A DNA stretch of 64,000 nucleotides from Candidatus Woesearchaeota archaeon. Lineage in GTDB: Archaea; Nanobdellota; Nanobdellia; Pacearchaeales; GW2011-AR1. The DNA lies in contig CAZXHH010000002.1 of the NCBI GenBank assembly GCA_964639615.1, positions 8,290-72,289 of the forward strand, written 5' to 3'. Position 1 is the first letter of the stretch. Each line of letters begins with the position of its first letter. Below, piece by piece: positions 29,864-39,962 of this stretch. A program made the translations under genes and the position numbers. Below the pieces are notes generated by a model, which saw only the letters and a program-made list of their open reading frames with translations, had not been told where the DNA came from and did no database searches.

Positions 29864-30088
29864 TCACTCAGAACTTTCTTCATCATCAATAATTTCTAAT
29901 TTTTTTATAGAACTAAAAGGAATAAAACCTTTGAATTTTCCATCTTCAATTAATTCAACAATCTTCTTATCATCATTAATAATCCCTTCAACTTCATCAC
30001 TATCTTCTTCTGAAGTAATAAATTCTATTCTAAATTTCTGAGTATCTTTTGGCATCTTATTTTTTAATTTCAATAACTTTTTTTCCAC
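29864..30088 (-). CDS. Acidic hypothetical protein (74 aa)
   Basis: ORF overlapping the serS start. Confidence 0.35.
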   Translation of the reverse strand: MEKKLLKLKNKMPKDTQKFRIEFITSEEDSDEVEGIINDDKKIVELIEDGKFKGFIPFSSIKKLEIIDDEESSE

Positions 30089-31337
30089 CCATATAAGGTT
30101 GCAGAACTTTTGGAATTTTTATTGAACCGTCTTTTTGTTGATTATTTTCCATAACTGCGATTAATGCTCGTGGAGAAGCTAAAACTGTATTATTCAATGT
30201 GTGAGCAAAATATCTTTTTCCTTTGTTTTCTATTTTTATATCTAATCTTCTTGCCTGAGCTTCTGTTAAATTAGAACATGAACCAACTTCGTAATACTTT
30301 TTTTGTCTTGGGCTCCAAGCTTCAACATCTGCTGATTTTGCTTTTAAGTCTGCTAAATCTCCAGAACAACATTCCAAAGTTCTTACAGGGACATCTAAAT
30401 TTTTGAAAACATCAACTGTGTACTGAAGAATTTTGTCATACCATTTATAAGAATCTTCAGGTTCACAAATAACAATCATCTCCTGTTTTTCAAACTGATG
30501 AAGTCTGTAAAATCCTTTTTCTTCAATACCATGCGCTCCAATTTCTTTTCTAAAACACGGACTATAACTTGTTAAAATTACAGGTATCTCTTTTCCTGTT
30601 AAAGTTTTTCCAATAAATCTCCCAATCATTGAATGTTCTGATGTTCCAATCATGTACAAATCCTCTCCTTCAATTTTATACATCATATTTTCCATTTCAG
30701 CAAAGCTCATAACACCTTCAACAACTTTTCTTCTTATCATAAAAGGAGGAACAACATATGTAAATCCCTGTTTAATCATATAATCTCTTGCATAAGCAAG
30801 AAGTGCAGAATGTAAAACAGCTATATCTCCTGTTAAAAAATAAAATCCATTTCCAGATGTTTCTCTTGCAGAATCAAAATCAACTCCATTTAATTTTTCA
30901 GCTAATTCTGCATGATTTAAAATTTCATAATTAGGAACTTCAGGTTTTCCTATTTTTTTAATTTCAACATTCTCTGAAGAGTCTTTTCCCATAGGTACAG
31001 ACTCGTGAATTATATTTGGAATTTTATACATAATCTGCTTTATCTGCTCTTCAAGTTCCTTTCTTTTCTCTTCAATTTCTGCTATTTTTTCAGGAATTTG
31101 CTTTGCTCTCTTAAGTTCTTTATCTGCATTTTTCTTTTCTTTTTTTAGCTTATTAATTTCTTCAGAAACTTTATTTCTTTCACTTCTTAAACTATCTTCC
31201 TCGTATTTTAATTTTCTCCATTTATCATCAAGAGAGATAACTTCATCAACTAACTTAATCTTATCATTCTGAAACTTTTTTTTCATATTCTCTTTTACAA
31301 GAGAAGGATTTTCTCTAATCAGTTTAATGTCAATCAT
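30057..31337 (-). CDS. serS: Seryl-tRNA synthetase
   Basis: N-terminal coiled-coil arm plus a class-II aaRS core (FRKEIGAHGIE..., GSCSNLTEAQARRL). Confidence 0.9.
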   Translation of the reverse strand: MIDIKLIRENPSLVKENMKKKFQNDKIKLVDEVISLDDKWRKLKYEEDSLRSERNKVSEEINKLKKEKKNADKELKRAKQIPEKIAEIEEKRKELEEQIKQIMYKIPNIIHESVPMGKDSSENVEIKKIGKPEVPNYEILNHAELAEKLNGVDFDSARETSGNGFYFLTGDIAVLHSALLAYARDYMIKQGFTYVVPPFMIRRKVVEGVMSFAEMENMMYKIEGEDLYMIGTSEHSMIGRFIGKTLTGKEIPVILTSYSPCFRKEIGAHGIEEKGFYRLHQFEKQEMIVICEPEDSYKWYDKILQYTVDVFKNLDVPVRTLECCSGDLADLKAKSADVEAWSPRQKKYYEVGSCSNLTEAQARRLDIKIENKGKRYFAHTLNNTVLASPRALIAVMENNQQKDGSIKIPKVLQPYMGGKKVIEIKK

Positions 31338-31390
31338 AAATTTATTAGAAAAAGATTATATTTAAATTTATTGAGTTAAATAAATGCAAA

Positions 31391-32923
31391 TCAGTAACCA
31401 TACTCCATATATCTCTGATGTTGCCTAAACTTCCATATTCCAAATCCTATTCCTCCTAGAAGAATAATTCCGCCAAGAATATACAATCCAGTGTTTTTCT
31501 TTTTCTCTTTTATCTTAATATTAGGTTTAGAAGAATTCGTTGTTGAATTTACAGTAGAGCTTGCTTTAATAGCATCTCTTACTGCTTGAGGAATTTCTTC
31601 ATTTATTTCCTTAAAAACCATTCTTGAACTATTGGTATAAGTTATATTTACTAAAGAAACTTGTAAATCATAAAAAGCATCATTATTCGCATTTATCTTT
31701 AATGTATAATTATTCCAAACAGAATAATTAGTATTATTGAAAGAGAAAGTAACATTCATAAGATTTCTATTTATTTCTTTTATCTGGACAATATAAGTTA
31801 TATTTGACAGATTTAATCTAATTATATCGCTTTTTCTAAAATATCCTTCAAATCCAACCTGCAATTGAGAAGTAGTTGGTTTGAATATCATTACTTCGTC
31901 TACATTCTCTTCGTCAGACGAACTCACACTATCTTCTTCAGCTTCTGAAGTTTTTAAAGTATAAATTGGTGTTGAATTCTTATTTCCAAAATTATCTGTA
32001 AAATACCATCTATATCCAATTATTTTATCAACATCTGAACTTAATATTTTTGTAACAATTATTGTTGCAGGGGTTGAAGTAAAGCTAACTGCACTATTAT
32101 TTGCCCAGCTTCCAGAATTATTTGTTGAAAAAATGTATTGCCCAGATGGATTTAATGCCAAATTATCATTTACTGTTATAGAAAACTTAGTGATTTGCCC
32201 AGCATCTGTATTATTAACACTCTTTGAAGAATAATTTGGTGAAACTAAATCTGCTGTAGTATTTAATGTATAAATTGAAGTAAAGTTTAAGTTTCCTGCA
32301 CTATCATTAAAATACCATCTGTAACCAACAAAAGTTCCAACAGTTGAATTTAATGTTTTTGTAACATCTGCCCAACTAGGGGTTGATGTGAAATTAACTG
32401 CACTATCATTAATCCAAGTTCCTGTGTTGTTTGTTGAAAAAATGTATTGTCCATTTGGATTCAATGCAAAATTATCATTTATGTATATTGAAAAACGAGT
32501 TAATTGCCCAGCATAACTATTATTTGAAGAATTTAAACTGGCTGTTGGGAAAGTTGTATCTGCTGTAGTAAAAAAACTGTAAATTGGGGTTGAGTTTGTT
32601 ATTGAAGAATTATCACTAGAATACCATCTAAAACCAATTAATATTCCTGGATTAGAATTTAAAATTTTTACACTAGTTATTGTTTGGGGAGTTGAAGTAA
32701 AATTAACTGCACTATCATTAATCCAAGTTCCTGTGTTGTTTGTTGAAAAAATGTATTGCCCTAATTGCTCCAAGGAAGAACTATCAGAAACTACAACACT
32801 AAACAAAGCAGGTTGTCTAGCAATAGTAACATTCACTTCAGTTGAATCAAAAGTTGGTTCAGCAACTAAAAAACCCAACAAAAATATTGTTAAAAAAATA
32901 ATAAACATCCATCTTTTTCTCAT
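31391..32923 (-). CDS. Surface (S-layer-like) glycoprotein with three ~103 aa tandem repeats and a C-terminal TM anchor
   Basis: Signal peptide. Three copies of GQYIFSTNN(T/S)G(T/S)W(I/A)N(D/N)SAV(N/S)FTSTP. Dense N-x-S/T sequons. C-terminal helix LYILGGIILLGGIGFGIW. Confidence 0.6.
   Translation of the reverse strand: MRKRWMFIIFLTIFLLGFLVAEPTFDSTEVNVTIARQPALFSVVVSDSSSLEQLGQYIFSTNNTGTWINDSAVNFTSTPQTITSVKILNSNPGILIGFRWYSSDNSSITNSTPIYSFFTTADTTFPTASLNSSNNSYAGQLTRFSIYINDNFALNPNGQYIFSTNNTGTWINDSAVNFTSTPSWADVTKTLNSTVGTFVGYRWYFNDSAGNLNFTSIYTLNTTADLVSPNYSSKSVNNTDAGQITKFSITVNDNLALNPSGQYIFSTNNSGSWANNSAVSFTSTPATIIVTKILSSDVDKIIGYRWYFTDNFGNKNSTPIYTLKTSEAEEDSVSSSDEENVDEVMIFKPTTSQLQVGFEGYFRKSDIIRLNLSNITYIVQIKEINRNLMNVTFSFNNTNYSVWNNYTLKINANNDAFYDLQVSLVNITYTNSSRMVFKEINEEIPQAVRDAIKASSTVNSTTNSSKPNIKIKEKKKNTGLYILGGIILLGGIGFGIWKFRQHQRYMEYGY
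32391..32449. repeat. 59-nt exact direct repeat, copy 1 (copy 2 at 32700-32758; diverged third copy near 32074-32143), period ~309 nt
   Basis: The identical string aaattaactgcactatcattaatccaagttcctgtgttgtttgttgaaaaaatgtattg occurs at both positions inside the surface-protein gene. Confidence 0.85.
32700..32758. repeat. 59-nt exact direct repeat, copy 2
   Basis: See copy 1 at 32391-32449. Confidence 0.85.
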
Positions 32924-32963
32924 ATTAGCGTTAGTTAATTTTTATATTTAAAGTTTATGAGAA

Positions 32964-34676
32964 TTATCCTTTCTCTGTTCTTGGGTGTTCGTGCCCTTTT
33001 CTTGCTGCCTCTTTAAGCATTTTAATATGATTTTCTTTTTCAACTTCATAGCCTTTAGCATTTGTCTTCAAATCACTTACCATTTTGGAAACATACTCGC
33101 CTCCCAAGAAATGAGGGGTTACAACATAATCTGCACCTTTTTTGTATAAATCAAGAGCATCATCAATTAACTGTGCTCTAACTATTATTATTGCTTCCTT
33201 GTTAATTTTCCTTATTGCATTAAGCAAAATAACATTAGTATCATATTCGGGAACTGTTGAAATTATTATTTTTGCTTTATCTAGTGGAAGTTCATTTAAG
33301 AAATCAATATCATCAACATCTCCGTATAAAGAAGGTACTCCAAGTTTATTCAATCCAGCTATTGTTTCTGGATTAAAATCAACAACAAGATATTTTTTAT
33401 TTGAATGTTTTAATGAATTTAAAATACTAAATCCAATTCTATTATATCCGAATAAAATTGCATAATATTCTTTGTTCAACTTTATTTCTTTATTCTTAAC
33501 ATCTTTTCTTTCAAACAACCCCGCAAACTTCCTCATTTTATCATAGAATTTTTCAGAATAAATTACCATATAAGTAGAAAAGAAAATAGTGATTATCATT
33601 GTTAAAATTAATGTGTGCAATACCTGACTTCCAACATGACCTAATGAAACTGCCATGAACAAGACAATTAATGAAAATTCTGATATTTGCGCAAGACTTG
33701 TCCCAACAAGGAAATTTGTTCTCTTAGTATAACCAAAGAATCCAGAAAGTGCCATTAAAATTACTGGCTTTAAGATAAGTACAACTGCTGACAAAATAAC
33801 TGCATTTAATAAAACACTTGGGATTGCAGAAAGCTCAACATTAAATCCTAAAATTATGAAGAAAATGATTATGAAAAAATCCCTTAATGGACTAATTCTT
33901 GAACTGATTTCTGCACTATAAGGAGTTAAAGAAAGAACAACTCCTGCTACTAATGCTCCAATCTCAATTGAAAATCCTAAAATACTAAAAAGAGCTGCAA
34001 TAACAAAACACCAGCATATTGAAAATAAGAAAAGTAATTCCTGAGATTTTGCAAGATTCTTAGTAAAAAATTGCAGTACAAAATAACCAATTAAAAAAAG
34101 CGCAATTATAATTCCAAATCCAAGCAATAAATTAGTTGTTGCAAATGTTGATGAAACTGGTTCAATTGAATTTGAAGAAATGAACATTAAAACTCCTGCT
34201 GCAACCAAATTCTGGAAAATCAAAACACCTATAGATATTTTTGCATAAAGTGATTCTAAATCTTCTTTATCAGAAAATAATTTCATGATTAAAATTGTAC
34301 TTGAAAATGAAAGTGCAAGTCCAATATAAACAGATTCAATTGTTGAAAAACCTAAAAAGCTATTTGCTATTAAGAAAGAAACTGCAAATGTTAATATAAT
34401 CTGGAAAAATCCTATAAAAAATGAAGATGCTCCTATTTCTTTAAGTGTTTTTGGATTTAGGCGTAAACCTACCATAAACAAAAGGAAAGCTATTCCAAAC
34501 TTAGATAAAACAGTTATAACATCTGTAGAAATACCAAATTTTATAATAAAAGGACTAATTAAAATACCTGCAATAATATATCCAATTAAAATTGGCTGCT
34601 TGAATAAGCTTACAATATAAGAAACTATGAAAGCTATAAGCAAAATAATTGCAAGTTCTATAAATATCTGCTCCAT
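32964..34676 (-). CDS. CPA2-family cation/H+ antiporter with C-terminal TrkA-N (RCK) domain
   Basis: About 12 TM helices, then a Rossmann-type RCK domain (ILFGYNRIGFSI...VVDFNPE). Paralogous to the gene at 38254. Confidence 0.8.
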   Translation of the reverse strand: MEQIFIELAIILLIAFIVSYIVSLFKQPILIGYIIAGILISPFIIKFGISTDVITVLSKFGIAFLLFMVGLRLNPKTLKEIGASSFFIGFFQIILTFAVSFLIANSFLGFSTIESVYIGLALSFSSTILIMKLFSDKEDLESLYAKISIGVLIFQNLVAAGVLMFISSNSIEPVSSTFATTNLLLGFGIIIALFLIGYFVLQFFTKNLAKSQELLFLFSICWCFVIAALFSILGFSIEIGALVAGVVLSLTPYSAEISSRISPLRDFFIIIFFIILGFNVELSAIPSVLLNAVILSAVVLILKPVILMALSGFFGYTKRTNFLVGTSLAQISEFSLIVLFMAVSLGHVGSQVLHTLILTMIITIFFSTYMVIYSEKFYDKMRKFAGLFERKDVKNKEIKLNKEYYAILFGYNRIGFSILNSLKHSNKKYLVVDFNPETIAGLNKLGVPSLYGDVDDIDFLNELPLDKAKIIISTVPEYDTNVILLNAIRKINKEAIIIVRAQLIDDALDLYKKGADYVVTPHFLGGEYVSKMVSDLKTNAKGYEVEKENHIKMLKEAARKGHEHPRTEKG

Positions 34677-34796
34677 GATTCTTTTTTACCTGTAAAAGGA
34701 TCAGACGGAAATTTCTTATTTCCAGTTTTTCACCTCCAAAAAAAGAAGGAATCATCCTATAAAAAGCTTTTTAAACCATTTCTCAATAAATGTACT

Positions 34797-35105
34797 ATGG
34801 CAAAAGTAAGAATCAAACTCAACAGTACAAACATTGAAATGCTTAATACTATCTGCGATTCAATCAAGGATATAGCTAAAAAATCAGGCATTACAATCAG
34901 TGGACCTGTTCCTTTACCAACAAAAAAGCTCAAGGTAACTACAAGAAAATCTCCTTGTGGAAATGGTACAGCTACATTCGACCATTTTGAAATGAGAATC
35001 CACAAAAGATTAATTGATTTGCCAGCAAATGAAAAAATACTTCATCATATTGTTAGAATGCAGATACCAAAATCTGTAAATGTTAAGATTGAAATGAAGG
35101 ATTAA
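34797..35105 (+). CDS. rps10: Ribosomal protein S10 (uS10)
   Basis: KVRIKL.S.N...L...C..I...A...G....GPVPLP and RIHKRLIDL are diagnostic for S10. Confidence 0.9.
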   Translation: MAKVRIKLNSTNIEMLNTICDSIKDIAKKSGITISGPVPLPTKKLKVTTRKSPCGNGTATFDHFEMRIHKRLIDLPANEKILHHIVRMQIPKSVNVKIEMKD

Positions 35106-35166
35106 TTTCTGATAACTATCAAATTTTATTAAAAAGATTTAAAATATACAATTAATCTTTTATCAT

Positions 35167-35736
35167 ATGAAAAATTTAAAAACATTCATTATTATTTTTA
35201 TTGTAATAGCTCTAATTATTTTGGCTATAATATTCGTACCTCAATTAACAGGAAACACAATGGCAAAATCAACAGGAACAAAAGTTAAGCTTGAAACAAA
35301 TTATGGAGATATAATTATACAACTTTATTCTGATATGCCCGTGACCGCGTCTAATTTTGAAAAATTAGCATCTCAAGGATTTTATGACAATACAATCTTC
35401 CACAGAGTAATTGAAGGATTCATGATTCAGGGAGGAGACCCAAAAGGAACAGGAATGGGTGGTCCCGGATATAATATAAAAGACGAATTCACACATGCAG
35501 GCGGAAATAAAAATAACAGGGGGACAATATCAATGGCAAATGCAGGTCCAAACACAGGCGGCTCACAATTTTTTATTAATTTGGTAAATAATAATTATCT
35601 TGATGGAAAACATCCAACTTTTGGAGAAGTTGTAAAAGGAATGGATGTTGTTGATAAAATTGCTTCTGTTTCAACTGATGCAGGCGACAGACCACTTAAG
35701 CCAGTTATAATTAAGAAAGCTGTTGTTATGAAATAA
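35167..35736 (+). CDS. Cyclophilin-type peptidyl-prolyl cis-trans isomerase with N-terminal TM/signal anchor
   Basis: FHRVIEGFMIQGGDP and GTISMANAGPNTGGSQFFI motifs. N-terminal hydrophobic segment. Confidence 0.9.
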   Translation: MKNLKTFIIIFIVIALIILAIIFVPQLTGNTMAKSTGTKVKLETNYGDIIIQLYSDMPVTASNFEKLASQGFYDNTIFHRVIEGFMIQGGDPKGTGMGGPGYNIKDEFTHAGGNKNNRGTISMANAGPNTGGSQFFINLVNNNYLDGKHPTFGEVVKGMDVVDKIASVSTDAGDRPLKPVIIKKAVVMK

Positions 35737-35859
35737 TTATTTTGGATTAATTTTAATTTTAGTTATCTTTAAACTGAATTAGAATTTTGTTAACTATTAA
35801 TTTAATTTACTCACTAACTACTTCTTTATAAATTATTAATAATTGCTAATAAAAATTTA

Positions 35860-36000
35860 TATTTTAATTTTAGAATCAGCTACTTTATCAGAATGAACAT
35901 CCATTTTTCCGTCTTGTAGGCAATCCCAACAAGTATGAATACTTCCATCCTTCTCTTTTACTATTCCGGTTCCACCACATTTTGGACAATTATTTCCCAT
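35860..36000 (-). CDS. Small Cys4 zinc-ribbon protein (46 aa), not in the ORF track
   Basis: Manual translation gives MGNNCPKCGGTGIVKEKDGSIHTCWDCLQDGKMDVHSDKVADSKIKI. Confidence 0.4.
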
Positions 36001-36135
36001 GTATTTTTTAATTAATTACACTATTTAAAATTATTTGCTTTCAAAAATATACACAAAACTGAAGATTTTACAAAAACATTTATAAAACATCTTTATTTGA
36101 TTTTATTATGTTTGGAGACATAGTAGATTGGTAAA

Positions 36136-36459
36136 ATGGAAAAAGATATAGGAAAATTAAGAAAAAACGATACAACAGATATTGTTGTTAGAATTGATGA
36201 TTTCGGTGGAAGAAAAGGATTAACAATTAGAGAATATGTTACAAGTGATAGATACACTGGTTTCACAAAGGCTGGAGTAAGAATAGGAGCAGCTGATTTT
36301 AAAAAATTCAAAGAAATGATTAATTCTGTGGCTGAAGAAGATTTAGAAGGTGAAGCTGAAAGTTCACCTTCAGAACCAAAAGAAAGAAAATCTTTTTCAA
36401 AAAAGTCTCCTCCGAAAAAAACTGCACCAGCAGATGATGAAGAATTACCTGATTACTAA
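36136..36459 (+). CDS. PC4/YdbC-like ssDNA-binding protein with a disordered acidic/basic tail
   Basis: IVVRIDDFGGRKGLTIREYV....GFTKAGVRIG...F..FKEMI matches the PC4 C-terminal-domain pattern (DIREY...G...PTKKGISL). Confidence 0.5.
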   Translation: MEKDIGKLRKNDTTDIVVRIDDFGGRKGLTIREYVTSDRYTGFTKAGVRIGAADFKKFKEMINSVAEEDLEGEAESSPSEPKERKSFSKKSPPKKTAPADDEELPDY

Positions 36460-36523
36460 TACTTTTGTAATATCTAGTTAAAATTATAATAATTCTTTTA
36501 AAGAAATATTTCATAAAATTTTT

Positions 36524-36895
36524 ATGGAAAAAATAATTCTAATGGGAGAGAATGGATATTATTATCAAGCAGAAAAAAATAAAGATAATTTCAATCTAGA
36601 ACAATCAAAAAAACTCATGAAAATAAATGCAGGATCGGTTGTTCCATATGGTTTTGCTTTTGAATTTGGACCATCAAAAGAAGTAAGATTCACACTAGGA
36701 AAATATCATTCTGAAAATATAGCATTAACAGAAAAAGACGTAACTAAAAAGAATTTTGAATTTACAATTAACAGTCTTGAAAAAATGGTTGAAGATAAAG
36801 GAGCAGATTATATTCTAGTAGATAATTTTCATAGAAATCATGAAGATTTTTATGGAAAAGCTCAACTTTTGTTAAAACTTCCTTGTGCAGATTAA
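36524..36895 (+). CDS. Hypothetical protein (123 aa)
   Basis: ORF only. Confidence 0.4.
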   Translation: MEKIILMGENGYYYQAEKNKDNFNLEQSKKLMKINAGSVVPYGFAFEFGPSKEVRFTLGKYHSENIALTEKDVTKKNFEFTINSLEKMVEDKGADYILVDNFHRNHEDFYGKAQLLLKLPCAD

Positions 36896-36944
36896 TTAAC
36901 TATTTTTTACAAAAGTATTAAAACACATTTTAACTCAATTAAGT

Positions 36945-37349
36945 ATGAATAAAAAAAAGAAGAGTACAATTGTTACATCTGCAATAATACTTGGAATACT
37001 TCTTTTAATTGTAATAATTTTTTCATTAACAAAAAATCCCTCTTCAAGTCTTGTTGATGCACAAACTGCTCAATGCATAGGAAACAAATCTCATTTATAT
37101 GTTCAACTTGGATGTCCTGCATGTAAAGTTCAGGAAGATATGTTTGGAAAAAATTACAAGTATCTTAATACGACAGACTGCAGAGTAAATATGCAACCAT
37201 GCACTGCTGCAAATATAACTGCAACTCCAACTTGGAAAGTAGGAAATAAAACTTACATTGGGGTTCAATCAATTGATAATTTGAAAAATTTTACTGGTTG
37301 TAGATTAGATTCAGGAAATGATACAAATAATTCCAACACAAGTAATTAA
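36945..37349 (+). CDS. Membrane-anchored thioredoxin-fold (CxxC) protein, probably extracytoplasmic
   Basis: N-terminal TM helix, GCPACK active-site-like motif and a downstream TPTW motif (cis-Pro-like). Also carries N-x-T sequons. Confidence 0.5.
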   Translation: MNKKKKSTIVTSAIILGILLLIVIIFSLTKNPSSSLVDAQTAQCIGNKSHLYVQLGCPACKVQEDMFGKNYKYLNTTDCRVNMQPCTAANITATPTWKVGNKTYIGVQSIDNLKNFTGCRLDSGNDTNNSNTSN

Positions 37350-37423
37350 CTCGTCGATAAAAATTAAAAAATAATAACCTTTTTAAATAAAAGATTACTA
37401 AAAATCCAAGTAATGATTGACCT

Positions 37424-37903
37424 ATGAAAAAATCAGAAGAACCGCCCTCCAAATTCGTGGGCAAAAAAGACTCCAAAAAAAACGTGGAAAATATTTCTCA
37501 ATTATTAACACTATTGAAAAATTCTAAGAAAAAAATTCAAGTTTCAGAAAAAAATATTGAAACAAGGGTTAGTTCAAATGAGAAATTCCCAATTAATGAT
37601 TATACAAAATCTTCTGAATATTTTAGTGAAGATATTTCGCTAACAAATAAACCTATAGAGTTTACAAAAACAAGAAAAGATTCTAATTTCAACAGATTAA
37701 ATCAAAATTATCTTCAAGACGAAAACACTTCTTTAAGCCAAAAAAGTCCTGAAAAATTTTATCAATTTAAATCATCCTATTCTTTTTTGCAGCAAAATGA
37801 AGAAAAGAAAGAAAATTTTGATTATGAAAAGCCAAAAGAAGTAATTTACAACTTGTTTGATGAAGAAAATGCAGAAGAAGAAAGCTTACAAATTGCACTA
37901 TAA
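37424..37903 (+). CDS. Low-complexity K/S/N-rich hypothetical protein
   Basis: ORF only. No motifs. Confidence 0.35.
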   Translation: MKKSEEPPSKFVGKKDSKKNVENISQLLTLLKNSKKKIQVSEKNIETRVSSNEKFPINDYTKSSEYFSEDISLTNKPIEFTKTRKDSNFNRLNQNYLQDENTSLSQKSPEKFYQFKSSYSFLQQNEEKKENFDYEKPKEVIYNLFDEENAEEESLQIAL

Positions 37904-37964
37904 AAAAGTTTAAAAAGAAAATTATTTTATTTCTTTAAAAGATTGCCAAAAAAAGGAGGATACC

Positions 37965-38186
37965 ATGGAAGCAAACTATATACAAGAAAGGATGTCTGAA
38001 ATTCAAAAGAGTGATGATCTATCTAAAGTCATGGGTAAACTTCTCTCTGGAAAAGCAGGATACAAAGCCGTCATTGAAAAAAAGAAAGAAGTAATAAGAT
38101 GTAGTGGATGCGGATTAATGTTCGAAAATCCTGTGAAATTTTGCCCTGAATGTGGGACAAAAATGGAAATGCCTAAGAAGCAATAA
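37965..38186 (+). CDS. Zinc-ribbon protein (73 aa)
   Basis: CSGCG...CPECG near the C-terminus. Confidence 0.45.
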   Translation: MEANYIQERMSEIQKSDDLSKVMGKLLSGKAGYKAVIEKKKEVIRCSGCGLMFENPVKFCPECGTKMEMPKKQ

Positions 38187-38253
38187 TTATTTACTATAAT
38201 CTAATTTTTTTAAGACCAAGTAAATTTATAAAATGTATTTGCATAATAACTAA

Positions 38254-39945
38254 ATGGTTCAAGAGGTGTTAATATCAATCAGCATTGTAATTGCTGTTGC
38301 TGCATTTCTAACTATTTTAGGCAGGATGGTTAAACAACCTCCTATAATTTCTTATTTAATTGCCGGAATTCTTGTTGGACCTTTATTTCTAAATGTTCTC
38401 TCTCAAGAATCAATTAGCATGGTGCAAACATTTGCCCATATTGGGGTTGCATTCTTATTGTTTATTGTAGGACTAAATTTGGATGTTAGAGTTCTAAAAG
38501 AAATAGGAGGAGTTTCAACTTTTGCAGGTATTTCGGAGATTCTGTTAGCAGGAGGAATAGGTGCATTAATTGCTATAGCAATGGGCTTCTCAAACACTAC
38601 TGCATTATACATTGGAGCTGCACTTGCATTTTCTTCAACTGTAGTTGTTGTTAAAATTCTATCTGATAAAAAAGAAATCGATACTTTACATGGGAGAATA
38701 GCATTAGGGATACTAATAGTGGAAGACTTTGTTGCTGCAATTGCATTAATGATAATTCCTTTGGTTCAGGAATCAAAAGGAATCTGGCCAATATTAAGTG
38801 AATTTTTAATTGGCATTGGTTTAATCTTCCTAGTTTTCTTAATTTCTGCTTTACTATTTAATAAACTTATGAATTATCTTGCAAGAAGTCAGGAAGTTCT
38901 GTTCTTGTTTGGAATTGCCTGGGCTTTAATTCTGGCTTCAGTTTTTGATATGTTAGGATTTTCACTTGAAATAGGTGCTTTAATTGCAGGTATGTCTTTA
39001 GCTTCTTCTAAATATTCTCTTGATTTAGGAGGAAAAATTAAACCTCTTAGAGATTTCTTTGTTGTTCTTTTCTTTGTTTTCTTTGGAAGTCAACTTGCTG
39101 GAACAATAGATGGTAAATTAATTTTGCATGCTGTTTTATTTTCTCTATTTATTGTAATTGGAAAACCAATTATTGTAATGACTGTTTTAAGAATAAGAGG
39201 CTACAAAAAGAGAACAAATTTCCTTGCAGGTGCAACAATAGCACAAATAAGTGAATTCTCTTTAATCATTATATTACTTGGCTTCACACTAGGACAGTTA
39301 AGTCAGGAAGTTATGAGCCTTATTATTCTAGTTGCTTTAATGACAATAGGATTAAGCAGTTATAGCATTTATTATTCACATTGGATTTTCAATAAACTAT
39401 CAAATATCCTAGAAATATTCGAAGGAAAAATGCACAAGAAAGAAGAAAAAAGAGAGCACAATTATGATGTTCTTTTATTAGGCTATCATAGAATTGGATA
39501 CAAAATAATGAAAGCCCTTGAAAAATCTGGAAATAGTTTTGCAATTGTAGATTATAATCCTAAAGTAATATTAAATTTAGGAAAGGAAAAAATAAACTGC
39601 ATTTATGGGGATGTTGCAGAAAAAGAATTGCTTAGGGAATTAAACCTTCATAAAGTAAAAATAATAATCTCTACAATTCCAGATGCAAGTGTAAATTATG
39701 CTGTAACAAGTTATCTAAAAGAAATCAAATCAAATGCAATATTCTTGGCAACAACAGAGCATTCTAAAGAAGCATTGGAACTTTACGACCAAGGCGTAGA
39801 CTTTGTAATTGTGCCCCAGCATCTTGGAGGAAACTATGTTGCAGACATGATTCAAAAATACGGTTTAGATAAAAAATCTTATCAGAAAGAAGGACAAACA
39901 CATCTTAGAGAAATCAAAGAAAGTAAAAAAGACGTGTATAAATAA
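38254..39945 (+). CDS. CPA2-family cation/H+ antiporter with C-terminal TrkA-N (RCK) domain
   Basis: Polytopic membrane domain plus LLLGYHRIGYKI...IVDYNP. Paralogous to the gene at 32964. Confidence 0.8.
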   Translation: MVQEVLISISIVIAVAAFLTILGRMVKQPPIISYLIAGILVGPLFLNVLSQESISMVQTFAHIGVAFLLFIVGLNLDVRVLKEIGGVSTFAGISEILLAGGIGALIAIAMGFSNTTALYIGAALAFSSTVVVVKILSDKKEIDTLHGRIALGILIVEDFVAAIALMIIPLVQESKGIWPILSEFLIGIGLIFLVFLISALLFNKLMNYLARSQEVLFLFGIAWALILASVFDMLGFSLEIGALIAGMSLASSKYSLDLGGKIKPLRDFFVVLFFVFFGSQLAGTIDGKLILHAVLFSLFIVIGKPIIVMTVLRIRGYKKRTNFLAGATIAQISEFSLIIILLGFTLGQLSQEVMSLIILVALMTIGLSSYSIYYSHWIFNKLSNILEIFEGKMHKKEEKREHNYDVLLLGYHRIGYKIMKALEKSGNSFAIVDYNPKVILNLGKEKINCIYGDVAEKELLRELNLHKVKIIISTIPDASVNYAVTSYLKEIKSNAIFLATTEHSKEALELYDQGVDFVIVPQHLGGNYVADMIQKYGLDKKSYQKEGQTHLREIKESKKDVYK

Positions 39946-39962
39946 CAAAAGGGATAATTAAT

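Noticed and set aside
34757-35005. 82 aa minus-strand ORF (and 34555-34755) overlapping the S10 gene and the antiporter start.
   Set aside because: It lies antisense to the highly conserved rps10 gene and has no motifs.
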